Source: Bellilinea caldifistulae (GTDB lineage Bacteria > Chloroflexota > Anaerolineae > Anaerolineales > Anaerolineaceae). From it: a stretch of DNA of 32,000 nt. Location: positions 90,001 to 122,000 of the forward strand of contig NZ_LGHJ01000006.1 of NCBI RefSeq assembly GCF_001306055.1, read 5' to 3'. Each line of letters opens with the position of its first letter. The stretch's first letter is position 1. A program made the translations under genes and the position numbers. The notes below the pieces were generated by a model. It was not told the origin of the DNA. It did not search any database and worked only from the letters and a program-made list of their open reading frames with translations. Shown here one piece after another: positions 9,433-19,367 of the stretch.

Positions 9433-10734
9433 ATGAAAACCTTTCCATCTTCCTTTCCCCATGTGGTCGTGGTCGGGGCCGGCTTCGGCGGGTTGCGCGC
9501 CGCCCGGCGCCTGGCTGGTCTGCCGGTTCGAGTCACCGTGATTGACCGCAACAACTACCACCTTTTTCAGCCCCTGCTCTATCAGGTGGCCTCGGCCGGA
9601 CTCTCGGCGGGCGATATTGCCTTCCCGGTGCGTTCGGCTCTCCGCCGCCAGAGGAACGCTGGCTTTCTGCTGGCCGAGGTTCAGCAGGTTGATCTGACCA
9701 ACCGCCGCCTGTTGACCAGCGCAGGTGAGGTTGAGTACGATTTTCTCATCCTTGCGGTGGGCGGGCAGACCCATTTCTTCGGTCAGGAAAGCCTGGCCCG
9801 CCATGCTTTTGGGCTGAAAACCCTGGCGGATGCCGACGGCATCCGCAATCATGTGCTGAGCCTGTTTGAACGCGCCAGTCATGAAAGCGATCCTCAGCGC
9901 CGCGCGGCGATGCTCACCTTTGTGGTTGCGGGCGGCGGACCAAGCGGCGTGGAAACCGCCGGAGCCCTTGCCGAATTGATCCGCCTGGGGCTGAGCCGTG
10001 ACTTTCCCAATCTGGATGTGTCCGGGTCGCGGGTTGTGCTGCTGGAAGCCGCCGATCACCTGCTGCCGGCCATGCCGCCCGATTTACAGGCTGCCGCAGA
10101 AAAGGTTTTGCGTGCCAAGGGCGTGGAGGTTCGGCTGGGCGCGCGGGTGGATGCCTACGACGGCCAGGTGATTGAGCTGGCAAACGGTGAAAAACTGCCC
10201 GCCCGTACGCTGATCTGGGCTGCCGGCATCCGCGCGGTTGAGCTGGTGCAAAACCTGCCGGTCGAACATGGAACGGGCGGGCGGGTGCGGGTGCTGCCTA
10301 CCCTGCAATTACCCGGTTTCCCGGAGGTGTTTGTGATCGGTGATGCGGCTCTTCTGGAAGACGAACGGGGCAAACCGCTGCCGATGGTTGCGCCGGTAGC
10401 CATGCAGCAGGCCGATACCGCCGTGGAAAATTTGGGACGTCTGTTGCGCGGTCAGCCTCTCCAGCCGTTCCATTATCGCGATCCGGGCATGCTGGCGACG
10501 ATTGGGCGCAATCAGGCCGTGGCGCAAATTGGACGACTGCACCTGCGCGGTTTCATCGCCTGGCTGATGTGGGTGGTAGTGCATGTCTTTCAACTGATTG
10601 GCATCCGCAACCGGCTGGTGGTGATGATTAACTGGGTGTGGGACTACTTCCTCTATGAGCGCGCCCTGCGCCTGATTCAATCTCCGCCATCCACCAGCCG
10701 GCTCAGCGGGCAGGAAGCCCCTCAGGCGCGCTGA
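9433..10734 (+). CDS. ndh: Type II NADH dehydrogenase (NDH-2), FAD-dependent pyridine nucleotide-disulfide oxidoreductase
   Basis: 433 aa with two dinucleotide-binding motifs (VVVVGAGFGGL, FVVAGGGPSGVE). The hydrophobic C-terminus is typical of NDH-2. Confidence 0.9.
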   Translation: MKTFPSSFPHVVVVGAGFGGLRAARRLAGLPVRVTVIDRNNYHLFQPLLYQVASAGLSAGDIAFPVRSALRRQRNAGFLLAEVQQVDLTNRRLLTSAGEVEYDFLILAVGGQTHFFGQESLARHAFGLKTLADADGIRNHVLSLFERASHESDPQRRAAMLTFVVAGGGPSGVETAGALAELIRLGLSRDFPNLDVSGSRVVLLEAADHLLPAMPPDLQAAAEKVLRAKGVEVRLGARVDAYDGQVIELANGEKLPARTLIWAAGIRAVELVQNLPVEHGTGGRVRVLPTLQLPGFPEVFVIGDAALLEDERGKPLPMVAPVAMQQADTAVENLGRLLRGQPLQPFHYRDPGMLATIGRNQAVAQIGRLHLRGFIAWLMWVVVHVFQLIGIRNRLVVMINWVWDYFLYERALRLIQSPPSTSRLSGQEAPQAR

Positions 10735-10754
10735 TTTTTTGTCGAGCCACAGGT

Positions 10755-11660
10755 TCAGCCGCCCCGACCGATTAAGTTTTCCCGCAGGCGAATAAGCAGG
10801 CTGCGGAGCAAATCCACCTCATCCGTGCTCAAACACTGCCACGGCGCGTAGAAATACTGATCGGTGCGTTCTTCAGCCGCCTGACGGATTTGCCCGCCGA
10901 GAGGCGTGAGGAGGTAGCGCTCCTTTTCGGCTTGCAGCCACCCCCGCCGAATCAGATCATCGAGGGCCTGGCGGTACTCCTCGCGGCTGAAACCGCGCCG
11001 TTCCAGTTTGACGCACAATTCTTCCAGCGTGTCGGCTTCCGCGCGCCACACCAGGGTGAAGGCTTCCCAGGCCTGTCCGCTGCATTCGAGCGGCCGCCAG
11101 GCCGCCAGATGGGCATCATCGCGGTAAGCCGCCAGGTCGCTGAGGTACTGGTCAATGCGGATGAACGGGTGAGCATCTTCGCCGCCATCCAGCCGCCGCG
11201 AGAGTTGAATGCACCACTTCTCCGGGGGTGGCGGCGCCTTCAAACAGGCATCCACCAGCCGGTGTAACAAAGCGGCCAGCTGCTCCATTTCGGAGCGGGG
11301 CAGCGGCTGTAATCCGCTCATGCATTCATAGGCGGCTTGGATGATTTTTGCGGCTGCCTCACGGCCGGAGGGGGTCAAGCGGTATGCTCCTTCCGCGTTT
11401 TCTACCTCCTCCATCAGGCCGAGTCCGGCTGCTTCGCGCAAACGCTGCGAAAACAAGGAGACGGCGGTGTAAGCCCCTCTAAGGTGAATCTTTTCGGCCG
11501 TCACCGGTTCGGGATCGAACGAGAACGCCGGGAACAAAACGGCGGTGCAGCCTGCCGGCAAATTGAGTTGTGTAATGATTTGCCCCATCGCCGGTCTGTA
11601 GTGACCGGCGAGGGCTTGCAGGGCCCCCAGCGCAACCGGCCACATTTCGGTTTGGTTCAT
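10755..11660 (-). CDS. Hypothetical protein with two MarR-like winged-helix segments
   Basis: The ATG at 11660 (MNQTEMW) is preceded by GGGAGGGG. Two ...YRLTPSG / ...YLLTPLGG wing-like motifs are present. The longer ORF start at 11774 has no RBS support. Confidence 0.55.
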   Translation of the reverse strand: MNQTEMWPVALGALQALAGHYRPAMGQIITQLNLPAGCTAVLFPAFSFDPEPVTAEKIHLRGAYTAVSLFSQRLREAAGLGLMEEVENAEGAYRLTPSGREAAAKIIQAAYECMSGLQPLPRSEMEQLAALLHRLVDACLKAPPPPEKWCIQLSRRLDGGEDAHPFIRIDQYLSDLAAYRDDAHLAAWRPLECSGQAWEAFTLVWRAEADTLEELCVKLERRGFSREEYRQALDDLIRRGWLQAEKERYLLTPLGGQIRQAAEERTDQYFYAPWQCLSTDEVDLLRSLLIRLRENLIGRGG

Positions 11661-11858
11661 TTTTCCCCTCCCACTATTGTGCTTTCTTCCACCATTTGTA
11701 GTATAGAGAAGTTTGGAGCAGTCTGTCAATTCACCACCTTCTTCTCCGTTCAAAGTACAGCGGGCTTTTCTCACTCTGTTAAAAGCAGATGGATAGGGGG
11801 TTGCGCGGGGCGGATTTCCTCCTTGACCTCCCCGATTAAAGGTAGTATTTTATGAAGT

Positions 11859-13139
11859 ATGAGAAAAATCATCCAATTTGTCATCGGCTTGCTGGCGCTC
11901 GTGTCGTTTTCCGCCGGCGTGGTTGCACCGGCGCTCGCCGAGGGCGGTGGGACGACGCTCTACCTGCCGCTCATCTCCAAGGGACCGCCGCTGCCGCCGG
12001 CGGACGAAGCCGCCGCCCGCATTCAAGTCCCGCCGGGTTTTCACATCCGCATCTATGCCGAGAACCTCGCCAGCCGGCCGCGCTTTATGGCCATTGGCCC
12101 GGACGGCCACCTTTACCTGAGCCTGATGAACGCCGGGCAGGTGGTGCGCCTGCCCGACCGCAACCGCGACGGGCTGGCTGACGGCACGGAAGTCATTGCC
12201 AGCGGTCTGAATTTGCCGCACGGATTGGCGTTCTACAACGGTTATTTGTACGTTGCCGAAGGCGATAAAGTTGAACGGCTGGCCGGCCCCCAGCCGGACG
12301 GCTCGTTCGGCGCGCCTGAGCGGGTCACCGACAACATCCCCGGGCCGAGCGGCCACAGTAGCCGCACGGTCATTTTCGGCAGCGACGGCAAGATGTACGT
12401 CAGCGCCGGTTCATCCTGCAACGTGTGTGAAGAAAGCGACCCGCGCCGCGCGGCAGTCCTGCGCTTCAACCCGGATGGCAGCATCCCACCCGATAACCCG
12501 TTTGCCAATGACCCCGACACCCGCAGACGTCCGCTGTGGGCGTGGGGACTGCGCAACAGCGTTGGGCTGGTGGTTGCGCCGAACGGCGGGCTGTGGGCCA
12601 ATCACAACGGCAGCGACGGCTTGGGCGATGACCTGCCACCGGAAGAAATCGTCATCGAGGTGCAGGGCGGAAAGCACTACGGCTGGCCGTACTGCTACAC
12701 GCCCGGTGTGGGCGTGTAGCAGTACGGCACGCAGGAAGTGCGCGATACGCGAATTGACCTGCCCGCCGGTTTTAGCTGCGCGCAGGCTGTGCCGGCTCTT
12801 TTCACTGCCCCGGCACACTCCGCCCCGTTGGGCATGACGCTGGGCAGAACCGGCAACTTTCCGCCCGACTACGCGGATGACCTGTTCGTTGCCTACCACG
12901 GCTCGTGGAACACCACCGCCGCCAACATCCGCGATTGCAAGGTGGAGCGGGTGCTGCTGGAGAACGGCAAACCGGTCGGCAGCCAGACTTTTGCCACTGG
13001 CTGGCGCGCACCGGGCAAACCCTGCGGGGATGCTGCCACGTGGGGCCGCCCGGCGGATGTGGTCTTCAATACCTACGGCGAGATGTTCATCTCGGATGAT
13101 AAGGGCAACCGCGTCTACCGGGTAATTTACGCCCCGTAG
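11859..13139 (+). pseudogene. PQQ-dependent sugar (glucose/sorbosone) dehydrogenase-like beta-propeller, interrupted by one in-frame TAG at 12717-12719
   Basis: ORFs 11859-12719 and 12738-13139 are in the same frame. Family-typical blocks continue across the stop: GKHYGWPYCY ... TAG ... HSAPLGMTL ... AYHGSWN. An N-terminal signal peptide is present. Confidence 0.75.
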
Positions 13140-13150
13140 CCAGCCGGTTT

Positions 13151-14329
13151 TCAGCGTTCCTCGGCAAAGCGCACGTCCACGGTCATACCCCAGCGCAGGC
13201 GCGGGTCGCTTTCCAGCAGGCGCAGGCGGACGCGGTAGACCACATCCCCGCCACGGGTTTGCGGGTAATCGGCAATGCGCTCGATTTTGGCGCGCAGGTG
13301 CACCTCCGGCAGGGCATCCGGCGTGATTTCGGCTTCTTCATCGCTGCGGATGCGCACCACGTCCTTCTCGCTCAGGTCGGTGGTTTCGGCGTACCACTCC
13401 GAAAGATCAGCCAGCACCAGCACGGTTTGAGCAGGCGCAACGCTCTCGCCGGGCGAGTAACGCACCTCCACCACCGTTCCGTCGAAGGGGGCGCGCAGTT
13501 CCAGCCGGCGGAGGGCTTCCTCGGCAGCGGCAACGGCCGCCTGAGCCGCCTCTACCCTTGCCTGCGCCAGGGCCAGTTCATCCGGGTCGGGTTTCAACTC
13601 TTGACGGGCTTCGTAGGTTCGGCGGGCGTCCTCCAACCGCTGGTTGGCCAGATCCCAGCGGGCGCGCGCCAGTTCGACCTCATTCGTCAGCAAACCCAGT
13701 TCGCGGCTGGCGTCGTTGTAGCGCAGGCGGGCCTGCTCCACATCGTCCTCGGCGCGCTTGCGGGTGGGGTTGTCGGCGGCCAGGTTGGTGTAGCGGCCGA
13801 GGGTTTCCTCGCGGTCTTGCAGTTCCTGCTGAAGATCGGCAACTTGCTCACGCAGGTCGTCAATCCGGTCGCGGGTGGCGCGGGTATCCAGCCGGTCAAA
13901 AGCCTGCCAGGCCTGCACGGCTTCGCGTTCGGCTTCGAGCATGGCCACCCGCGCCTGTTCGGCGGTCAGGGCAGCTTTTTTGTTGAGGGTATCCAGCGCC
14001 TGCTGGGCGGCCAGCAGTTCGGCTTTAGCCTGAGCCAGAGTTGCCTGTGCCTGGGCGCTTTCCGAGAGGCGCGCCAGCACCTGCCCGGCCTGCACCTGCT
14101 CACCTTCGCTGACCAGCACCTCCGCCAGCGTTCCGCCGGTGTTGAAGAACAGCATCGCATCATCGCGCGGCACAATCCGCGCCTCGGCGATGATGCCGCC
14201 TCGGCTTTCTACCGAGGGGGGCGGCGCGGGGGTGGGGGTGGGCGAAAGCACCGATTGAACGGCGGTACAGCCGCCGGTCAGCACCAGCAGCACAATCATT
14301 CCAAAAATCAGGCCTGTTTTGGATTTCAT
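13151..14329 (-). CDS. HlyD/MacA-type periplasmic adaptor (membrane fusion) lipoprotein
   Basis: Lipoprotein signal MKSKTGLIFGMIVLLVLTGGC, a long alanine/glutamine-rich coiled-coil, and a C-terminal beta-barrel region. GGAGG lies 6 nt before the ATG at 14329. ATGs at 14335 and 14356 are also possible. Confidence 0.8.
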   Translation of the reverse strand: MKSKTGLIFGMIVLLVLTGGCTAVQSVLSPTPTPAPPPSVESRGGIIAEARIVPRDDAMLFFNTGGTLAEVLVSEGEQVQAGQVLARLSESAQAQATLAQAKAELLAAQQALDTLNKKAALTAEQARVAMLEAEREAVQAWQAFDRLDTRATRDRIDDLREQVADLQQELQDREETLGRYTNLAADNPTRKRAEDDVEQARLRYNDASRELGLLTNEVELARARWDLANQRLEDARRTYEARQELKPDPDELALAQARVEAAQAAVAAAEEALRRLELRAPFDGTVVEVRYSPGESVAPAQTVLVLADLSEWYAETTDLSEKDVVRIRSDEEAEITPDALPEVHLRAKIERIADYPQTRGGDVVYRVRLRLLESDPRLRWGMTVDVRFAEER

Positions 14330-14348
14330 GGTCATCCTCCCAGCAAGG

Positions 14349-16757
14349 TTATTCATAAGCCAGTACCTCTCGAATGGTCAGGCGGGCGGCGGTGCGGGCC
14401 GGCAGCACACTCGCCAGGGTCGAAAGCACCAGCACAATTCCCAACCAGACCAGCAAGCTCCACGGCGCAAAGTTAAGCGGGGCCTGTGCGCCGAACAGAG
14501 CGTAGTTAATTGTGTTCGCCAGCAGGCGGCTGATCGGCAGGGCGGCCAGCGCACTCAATACCCACGAAATCAGTCCAATCAGCATGCCTTCCACCAGCAC
14601 AATGTTCATGATCTGCCGGTCACCTGCACCGATGGCGCGCATGACGCCGATTTCGCGGGTGCGTTCCAGCACATTCATGCTCATGGTGCCCATCAGCCCA
14701 ATTGCGCCGACCGCGGCAATCAGGCCGGAGAGCAACAGCAGCACGGTGGTCAGCAGATCCAGGCCGTTGGCGGAGATTTCCTTCAGGCGCAGGCCGGCGG
14801 TGATTTCTTCGACCCGGTATCCCCGCCGTTCCAGTTCCTGCTCCACCAGCCGGCCGAATGCCTTTTGTTCCTCCAGGGTGAGGTTGTCCCGCTCGGCCAG
14901 CACGCGGAAGTTGGTGGTGCGGTTGCTCTGCCCCAGTTCGGCCTGAATCACCTCGCCGTTGGCGTAAGCCAGCAAACCGGCGCTGCGTCCCACCAGTTGA
15001 AAGATGCCGGTCACCACCCAGTCCCGCTCGCGCCCGTTAAGGCGCAGGCGAATGGTATCGCCCGGTTTCAAACCGGGGTACACATCCAGAAAACGCTCGC
15101 TGACGGCAAGGGCATGGTGATCGCCCGGTTCAATCCAGCGTCCGCTGATCAAAATCGGTTCAACCATCCGGCTACCAGCCGGCGGGGCGATGATCGAGAA
15201 GCTTTCGCCGCTGCCATCCGCCAGCACCAGCTCCCCGCGGGCTCCGCTCCAGCCCTCCACCAATCGAACGCCCGGCAGGCCCAGCAGGTCGGCTTCTACC
15301 TGACTGAGGCGGTAAGGCTGCTGAAAGGTAATGCTGATGTCGGCCAGAAAATAATACCGCAGGCGGTCAATGTAGGATTGCAGGGAAATGCGCGTGTTCA
15401 ACGTGCCGATGAAAATTGCCCCGCCAAGCGTCAGCGTGATCAATGTCAGAATCAACCGGCTGCGGCGGCGGAAGGTGTTACGCAGTGAAATGAGCAGCGG
15501 GCGCGAGAGGCCGCGCACCCGCCGCAGCGCCCGTAGAAGGCGTCCCTCGCGCAGGGCGGCTTGCAGCGGCGAGATGCCGCTGAGTGCCTGCTGAACCGGG
15601 ATGCGCACTGCCCGTTGAATGGGCAGCCAGCCCGCCCCGGCCGGCACAACCAGCGCCAGTGCCGCCATCAGCGCCACTGTTTCGGGCAGCAGGTGGGGTT
15701 GACTGGCGGGGATGTTGATGCCGGTCTGCATCATCCCCAGCAAGACGCCGGTCATCCAGCGTACCGGGTAAAGCGAAAGGAGCAGCGCAATCAGACCGTA
15801 CAGTTCGATCAGCACCAGATACAGGCGGGCAATCTGTCCGCCGGTTGCCCCCACCGACTTCATCACCCCAATCTGCTGCACCTGTTGGGCCAGCAGGGCT
15901 TGCAGGGTGTTGGTGATGAGGAAACCGCTCAGAAAAACCACCAGCAGTCCCAGCAGGACGAGAATGCTCGCCAGGGCATCCGTGTAGGTGCTGTTGGGGT
16001 GATCGTGCCGGCCGTTGACAGCGTAACTGTACACGATGTGGCCGTTCTTTTCGAGTATATCGGCGGCAGCCCGTCCCAGGGCGCGCAGGTGATCGTAGTC
16101 ATCGGCATTCTGACTGGCGGTCAGATACACCAGATTGATGGATTGAGGCTGTTCCAGCCATTCCAGCGAGTCCCAGGTGGTAAACGCCTGGGCCGGGGCG
16201 AGGAAGAAACCGCCGTCGGCCCGCGATGCGCCGATGGTCTGATCCTGCACCACGGCGCGCACTGGCACACGCTCCACCCGCCCGGAGGGCAACTGCACTT
16301 CGAGGGTGTGATCCGGGTAGAGGGTCAGTTCGGGCAGTTTGAACTGATCCACCGCAAAGGTGCGCTCGGCAGGTGGAAAATCACCCGCCAGCACCAACAC
16401 TTGATTGATCCGTTTTTCGGCGTAGTCCGGCGGGGCAATCACATTCAGGCGCACCCAGTCACCCTCGTTGTTGCGTACCCGCAGGTTGAAGGTGCGCACA
16501 CCCTCGGCTTCAGCGACGCCTTCCATGTGGCGCAGCGGGAAGAGATCCTCTTCCGTCAGCGGCGAAGTGATCAGCATGACGTTGGCGGGGTTGACCGAGG
16601 CATAGGTCTCGCGCATCAGATAGGCCGATTGCAGGCGGGTATTGGTGATGCTGCCCACCGCCAGCAGCCCGACCGCAATCGAAAGGATGACCAGCAGCGA
16701 GCGGGTGGGGTTGCCGAGAAAATCAGCAAGGATTTTTCTCCAGCGGGGCGGCATCAT
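14349..16757 (-). CDS. ABC transporter permease with duplicated FtsX/MacB-type domains
   Basis: 802 aa showing two repeats of a TM helix, a large extracytoplasmic domain and a 3-TM FtsX-like block. Its start overlaps the upstream ATPase stop (ATGA). Confidence 0.85.
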   Translation of the reverse strand: MMPPRWRKILADFLGNPTRSLLVILSIAVGLLAVGSITNTRLQSAYLMRETYASVNPANVMLITSPLTEEDLFPLRHMEGVAEAEGVRTFNLRVRNNEGDWVRLNVIAPPDYAEKRINQVLVLAGDFPPAERTFAVDQFKLPELTLYPDHTLEVQLPSGRVERVPVRAVVQDQTIGASRADGGFFLAPAQAFTTWDSLEWLEQPQSINLVYLTASQNADDYDHLRALGRAAADILEKNGHIVYSYAVNGRHDHPNSTYTDALASILVLLGLLVVFLSGFLITNTLQALLAQQVQQIGVMKSVGATGGQIARLYLVLIELYGLIALLLSLYPVRWMTGVLLGMMQTGINIPASQPHLLPETVALMAALALVVPAGAGWLPIQRAVRIPVQQALSGISPLQAALREGRLLRALRRVRGLSRPLLISLRNTFRRRSRLILTLITLTLGGAIFIGTLNTRISLQSYIDRLRYYFLADISITFQQPYRLSQVEADLLGLPGVRLVEGWSGARGELVLADGSGESFSIIAPPAGSRMVEPILISGRWIEPGDHHALAVSERFLDVYPGLKPGDTIRLRLNGRERDWVVTGIFQLVGRSAGLLAYANGEVIQAELGQSNRTTNFRVLAERDNLTLEEQKAFGRLVEQELERRGYRVEEITAGLRLKEISANGLDLLTTVLLLLSGLIAAVGAIGLMGTMSMNVLERTREIGVMRAIGAGDRQIMNIVLVEGMLIGLISWVLSALAALPISRLLANTINYALFGAQAPLNFAPWSLLVWLGIVLVLSTLASVLPARTAARLTIREVLAYE

Positions 16758-17815
16758 CGTTTGAATCCTCCACCGGGGTGGTGCTTTAGGAAGACCTGCT
16801 TCAACCCGCTGGATTGCAGCCAGTCCCGCCAGCCGGCCGGTTCGATCACCAGCGCTTCGCCGCCTTCGATGGCGCGCAGGCTGGCAGCCGGGGAGATTTC
16901 AGCCAGCGTTTCGGCGCTCCAAAACATACCGGGGTGGTATTCGGCGGCCGGCTTTTCGGCTTCCGCTTCGGTTGGAAAGAGACCCACCCGTCCGCTGACC
17001 AGCACCCACAGACCGACGGCTTCGCCCGGGCGGGCAAGGATTTGGCCGGCTTCAAATCGGCGCGGGCTGGCCAGGTGAGTCAGTTGCAGCAATTGGGGGT
17101 GGGTCAGCCAGTTCAGCGCGGCTGCCAGATGCGGATGGATGATTTCCCCATCCGAGAGCAGAATCGTGCGGTGGGTGCGCGCCATCAGGGCTGGGTCGTG
17201 GGTGACGATGATGACGGTCTTGCCCTGCGCCACCAGGCCGTCGAACAGGTTGAGTACATCTGCAGCGGTACGTTCGTCCAGATTGCCGGTCGGCTCATCG
17301 GCAACGATGAGCGGCGGATCGTTGGCAAGGGCGCGGGCAATGGCGGCGGCCTGCTGCTGCCCGCCCGAAACCGCCCCGGGCAATTTGTCCATCACATCCG
17401 CCAGGCCGACCTGTTCCAGCAGGCTGCGGGCGCGCACCTCGCGTTCGGCGGGGGTGTAGCAGTTGCACAAATCCATCGGTAAAAGGGTGTTTTCCAGCAG
17501 CGAGAGCATCGGCAGCAGCTGGAAGAACTGAAAGACAATCCCAATCGTCACCCCGCGCCAGGCAGCCAGTTGATTTTCGGTGAGGGTGTGGGGCTGAACA
17601 CCGGCGACTTCTACCAGCCCGCGGGTGGGGTGGTCAATCCCGGTGATCATGTTCAGCAGGGTGGATTTGCCGCTGCCGGACTTTCCGACAATGCTGACAT
17701 ATTCCCCCTGCTGAATGGAAAGGGAAATGCCCTTCAACACCTCAACCTGACCGCCGGGCGCAGGAAAGGCCTTGACCACGTCCTGAAGGCGCAGGTAGCC
17801 ATTTGTCCGGCTCAT
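16754..17815 (-). CDS. ABC ATPase (MacB/LolD-like) fused to a C-terminal cyclic-nucleotide-binding-like (CAP/cNMP fold) domain
   Basis: Walker A GKSGSGKST, signature VSGGQQQ, Walker B LIVADEPT. The C-terminal ~120 aa (RRFEAGQILARPGEAVGLWVLVSGRVGLF...) follows the cNMP-binding beta-roll pattern. The ATG at 17815 overlaps the upstream stop (ATGA). Confidence 0.75.
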   Translation of the reverse strand: MSRTNGYLRLQDVVKAFPAPGGQVEVLKGISLSIQQGEYVSIVGKSGSGKSTLLNMITGIDHPTRGLVEVAGVQPHTLTENQLAAWRGVTIGIVFQFFQLLPMLSLLENTLLPMDLCNCYTPAEREVRARSLLEQVGLADVMDKLPGAVSGGQQQAAAIARALANDPPLIVADEPTGNLDERTAADVLNLFDGLVAQGKTVIIVTHDPALMARTHRTILLSDGEIIHPHLAAALNWLTHPQLLQLTHLASPRRFEAGQILARPGEAVGLWVLVSGRVGLFPTEAEAEKPAAEYHPGMFWSAETLAEISPAASLRAIEGGEALVIEPAGWRDWLQSSGLKQVFLKHHPGGGFKR

Positions 17816-18525
17816 GCTGTAACCTCCGCCGGTAATTGGGCCTGACACTCGTGCAGGCGGCCATCCTCCAACCGCAGGCAGCGGGTTGCCCGCTCCATCA
17901 GGCTGGTATCGTGGGTGACCATCAGAACGGCTTTTCCCTCTTCGGCAAGGCGGATGAAAATCTGGATGATTGTTTCGGCGGTGACCGAATCCAGCCGGCC
18001 GGTTGGTTCGTCGGCCACAATCAGGGGCGGGTCGTTAGCCAGGGCGCGGGCAATTGCCACGCGCTGCTGCTGCCCGCCAGAGATGGCTGCCGGGCGTTTG
18101 TAAGCGTGATCCTTCAGCTCAACCGAGTCGAGCAATTGCAGGGCGCGCTGCGGACTGCGCAGAGGATGAAACTGCCTGCAAAAGTCCATCGGCAGCATGA
18201 CATTGTCCAGCAGACTCAGGTTGGGCAACAGGTAAAACGACTGGTAGATGATGCCAATCTTTTGACCGCGAAAGCGCGCCCGCCGGCTTTCGTTCAAGCG
18301 GTGCAGGCTGACGCCATCGCACAGCACCTCCCCGCCGCTCAGGGTGTCTATGCCGGCGATCATGTTGACCAGGGTGGTCTTGCCCGCCCCGGATTTACCG
18401 TAAATCAGCACGAACTCGCCGGGGAAGACCTGCAGGTTGATCCCTTTCAACACCGCCTGCCCGCCGCTTGGGGAGGGGTAGGTTTTCTGCACATCCACCA
18501 GTTTCAAAATGGGGCTGGCGCTCAT
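17812..18525 (-). CDS. ABC ATPase (MacB/LolD-like), first gene of the exporter operon
   Basis: Walker [10 protein letters not shown], signature ISGGQQQR, Walker [13 protein letters not shown]. The start is the ATG at 18525; a TTG at 18534 is also possible. Confidence 0.85.
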   Translation of the reverse strand: MSASPILKLVDVQKTYPSPSGGQAVLKGINLQVFPGEFVLIYGKSGAGKTTLVNMIAGIDTLSGGEVLCDGVSLHRLNESRRARFRGQKIGIIYQSFYLLPNLSLLDNVMLPMDFCRQFHPLRSPQRALQLLDSVELKDHAYKRPAAISGGQQQRVAIARALANDPPLIVADEPTGRLDSVTAETIIQIFIRLAEEGKAVLMVTHDTSLMERATRCLRLEDGRLHECQAQLPAEVTA

Positions 18526-18607
18526 TCCAAACAACCTGTATAATAATAGACAGACTGTTTATGATTATAAATCAGCAAGGACGGCTGTCAAGAAGCAATT
18601 CTCGGAG

Positions 18608-18627
18608 GCTGTTCAGAATTGAACAGC
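18608..18627. promoter_or_regulatory. Perfect 20-bp palindrome GCTGTTCAGAATTGAACAGC in the divergent tetR/ABC intergenic region (putative TetR operator)
   Basis: 8-4-8 inverted repeat located 19 nt upstream of the tetR ATG, in the 120-bp divergent promoter region. Confidence 0.5.
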
Positions 18628-18645
18628 AATTCAGGTTAGGATAAC

Positions 18646-19263
18646 ATGAGCACACCTGCCCAACGACCTGACCGGCGGGTCAGCCGGACGCGGCGGCTGC
18701 TGCGCGAAGCGCTGACCAGCTTGATTCTCGAAAAAGGCTACGATGCGGTGACGATAGAGGACATCACCCGCCGTGCCGATCTCGGCCGAACCACCTTTTA
18801 CCTGCACTACCGCGACAAGGAACACCTCTTTCTGGAAAGCATCGAACAGAGCGCCGATGAACTGGCCCGTCAGATTGTGCAGATACCGGCGGAAACGTTG
18901 TTCAACGAAAACGGCGAAGGCGCCGGTCTGCCGATTGCGCTGGTCTTTGAACACGCTGCCCAAAATGCGGATCTGTACCGTGCCATGCTGCGCAGCGAGG
19001 GTTCGATTAAAGCCACCAGCCGCCTGCGGGAATTAACCATCCAGTACGCGCTGGAGTTCACCCGCCGCTGGTGGGAGCGGCGCGGGTTGACCAGCGAGCC
19101 GCACATACCGCTGGAAGTGATTGCCCAGTTTTTCGCCGCCAGCCTGCTGGGTACGCTGGTGTGGTGGTTGGAAGCGGGCATGCCCTACCCGCCCCGCCAG
19201 ATGGCGGCCTTCTTCCGCCGGCTGGTGCTGGATGGACTGCGCAGCGTCACCGAATCTCATTAA
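18646..19263 (+). CDS. TetR/AcrR family transcriptional regulator
   Basis: N-terminal HTH block RRLLREALTSLILEKGYDAVTIEDITRRADLGRTTFYLHYRDKEHL. The gene is 205 aa and divergent from the exporter operon. Confidence 0.9.
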   Translation: MSTPAQRPDRRVSRTRRLLREALTSLILEKGYDAVTIEDITRRADLGRTTFYLHYRDKEHLFLESIEQSADELARQIVQIPAETLFNENGEGAGLPIALVFEHAAQNADLYRAMLRSEGSIKATSRLRELTIQYALEFTRRWWERRGLTSEPHIPLEVIAQFFAASLLGTLVWWLEAGMPYPPRQMAAFFRRLVLDGLRSVTESH

Positions 19264-19285
19264 TAACAAGTTGCTTTGATCATAA

Positions 19286-19314
19286 TTGTCTTTCATGCCC
19301 GAATCTTCTACAAT
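19286..19314 (+). promoter_or_regulatory. Candidate promoter TTGTCT-N17-TACAAT upstream of the UPF0261 gene
   Basis: Hexamers at 19286-19291 and 19309-19314. The RBS AGGAGG precedes the ATG at 19368. Confidence 0.35.
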
Positions 19315-19367
19315 AGAAACGGTTCTTTCTTCTCCCCATTTCCCAAAATCTTCCAAAGGAGGTCAAT

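Noticed and set aside
12717-12719. The in-frame TAG as a pyrrolysine or other programmed recoding site.
   Set aside because: No pyl genes, suppressor tRNA or recoding structure is visible in the window. A nonsense mutation or a sequencing error is the simpler explanation. It is kept as a finding only for verification.
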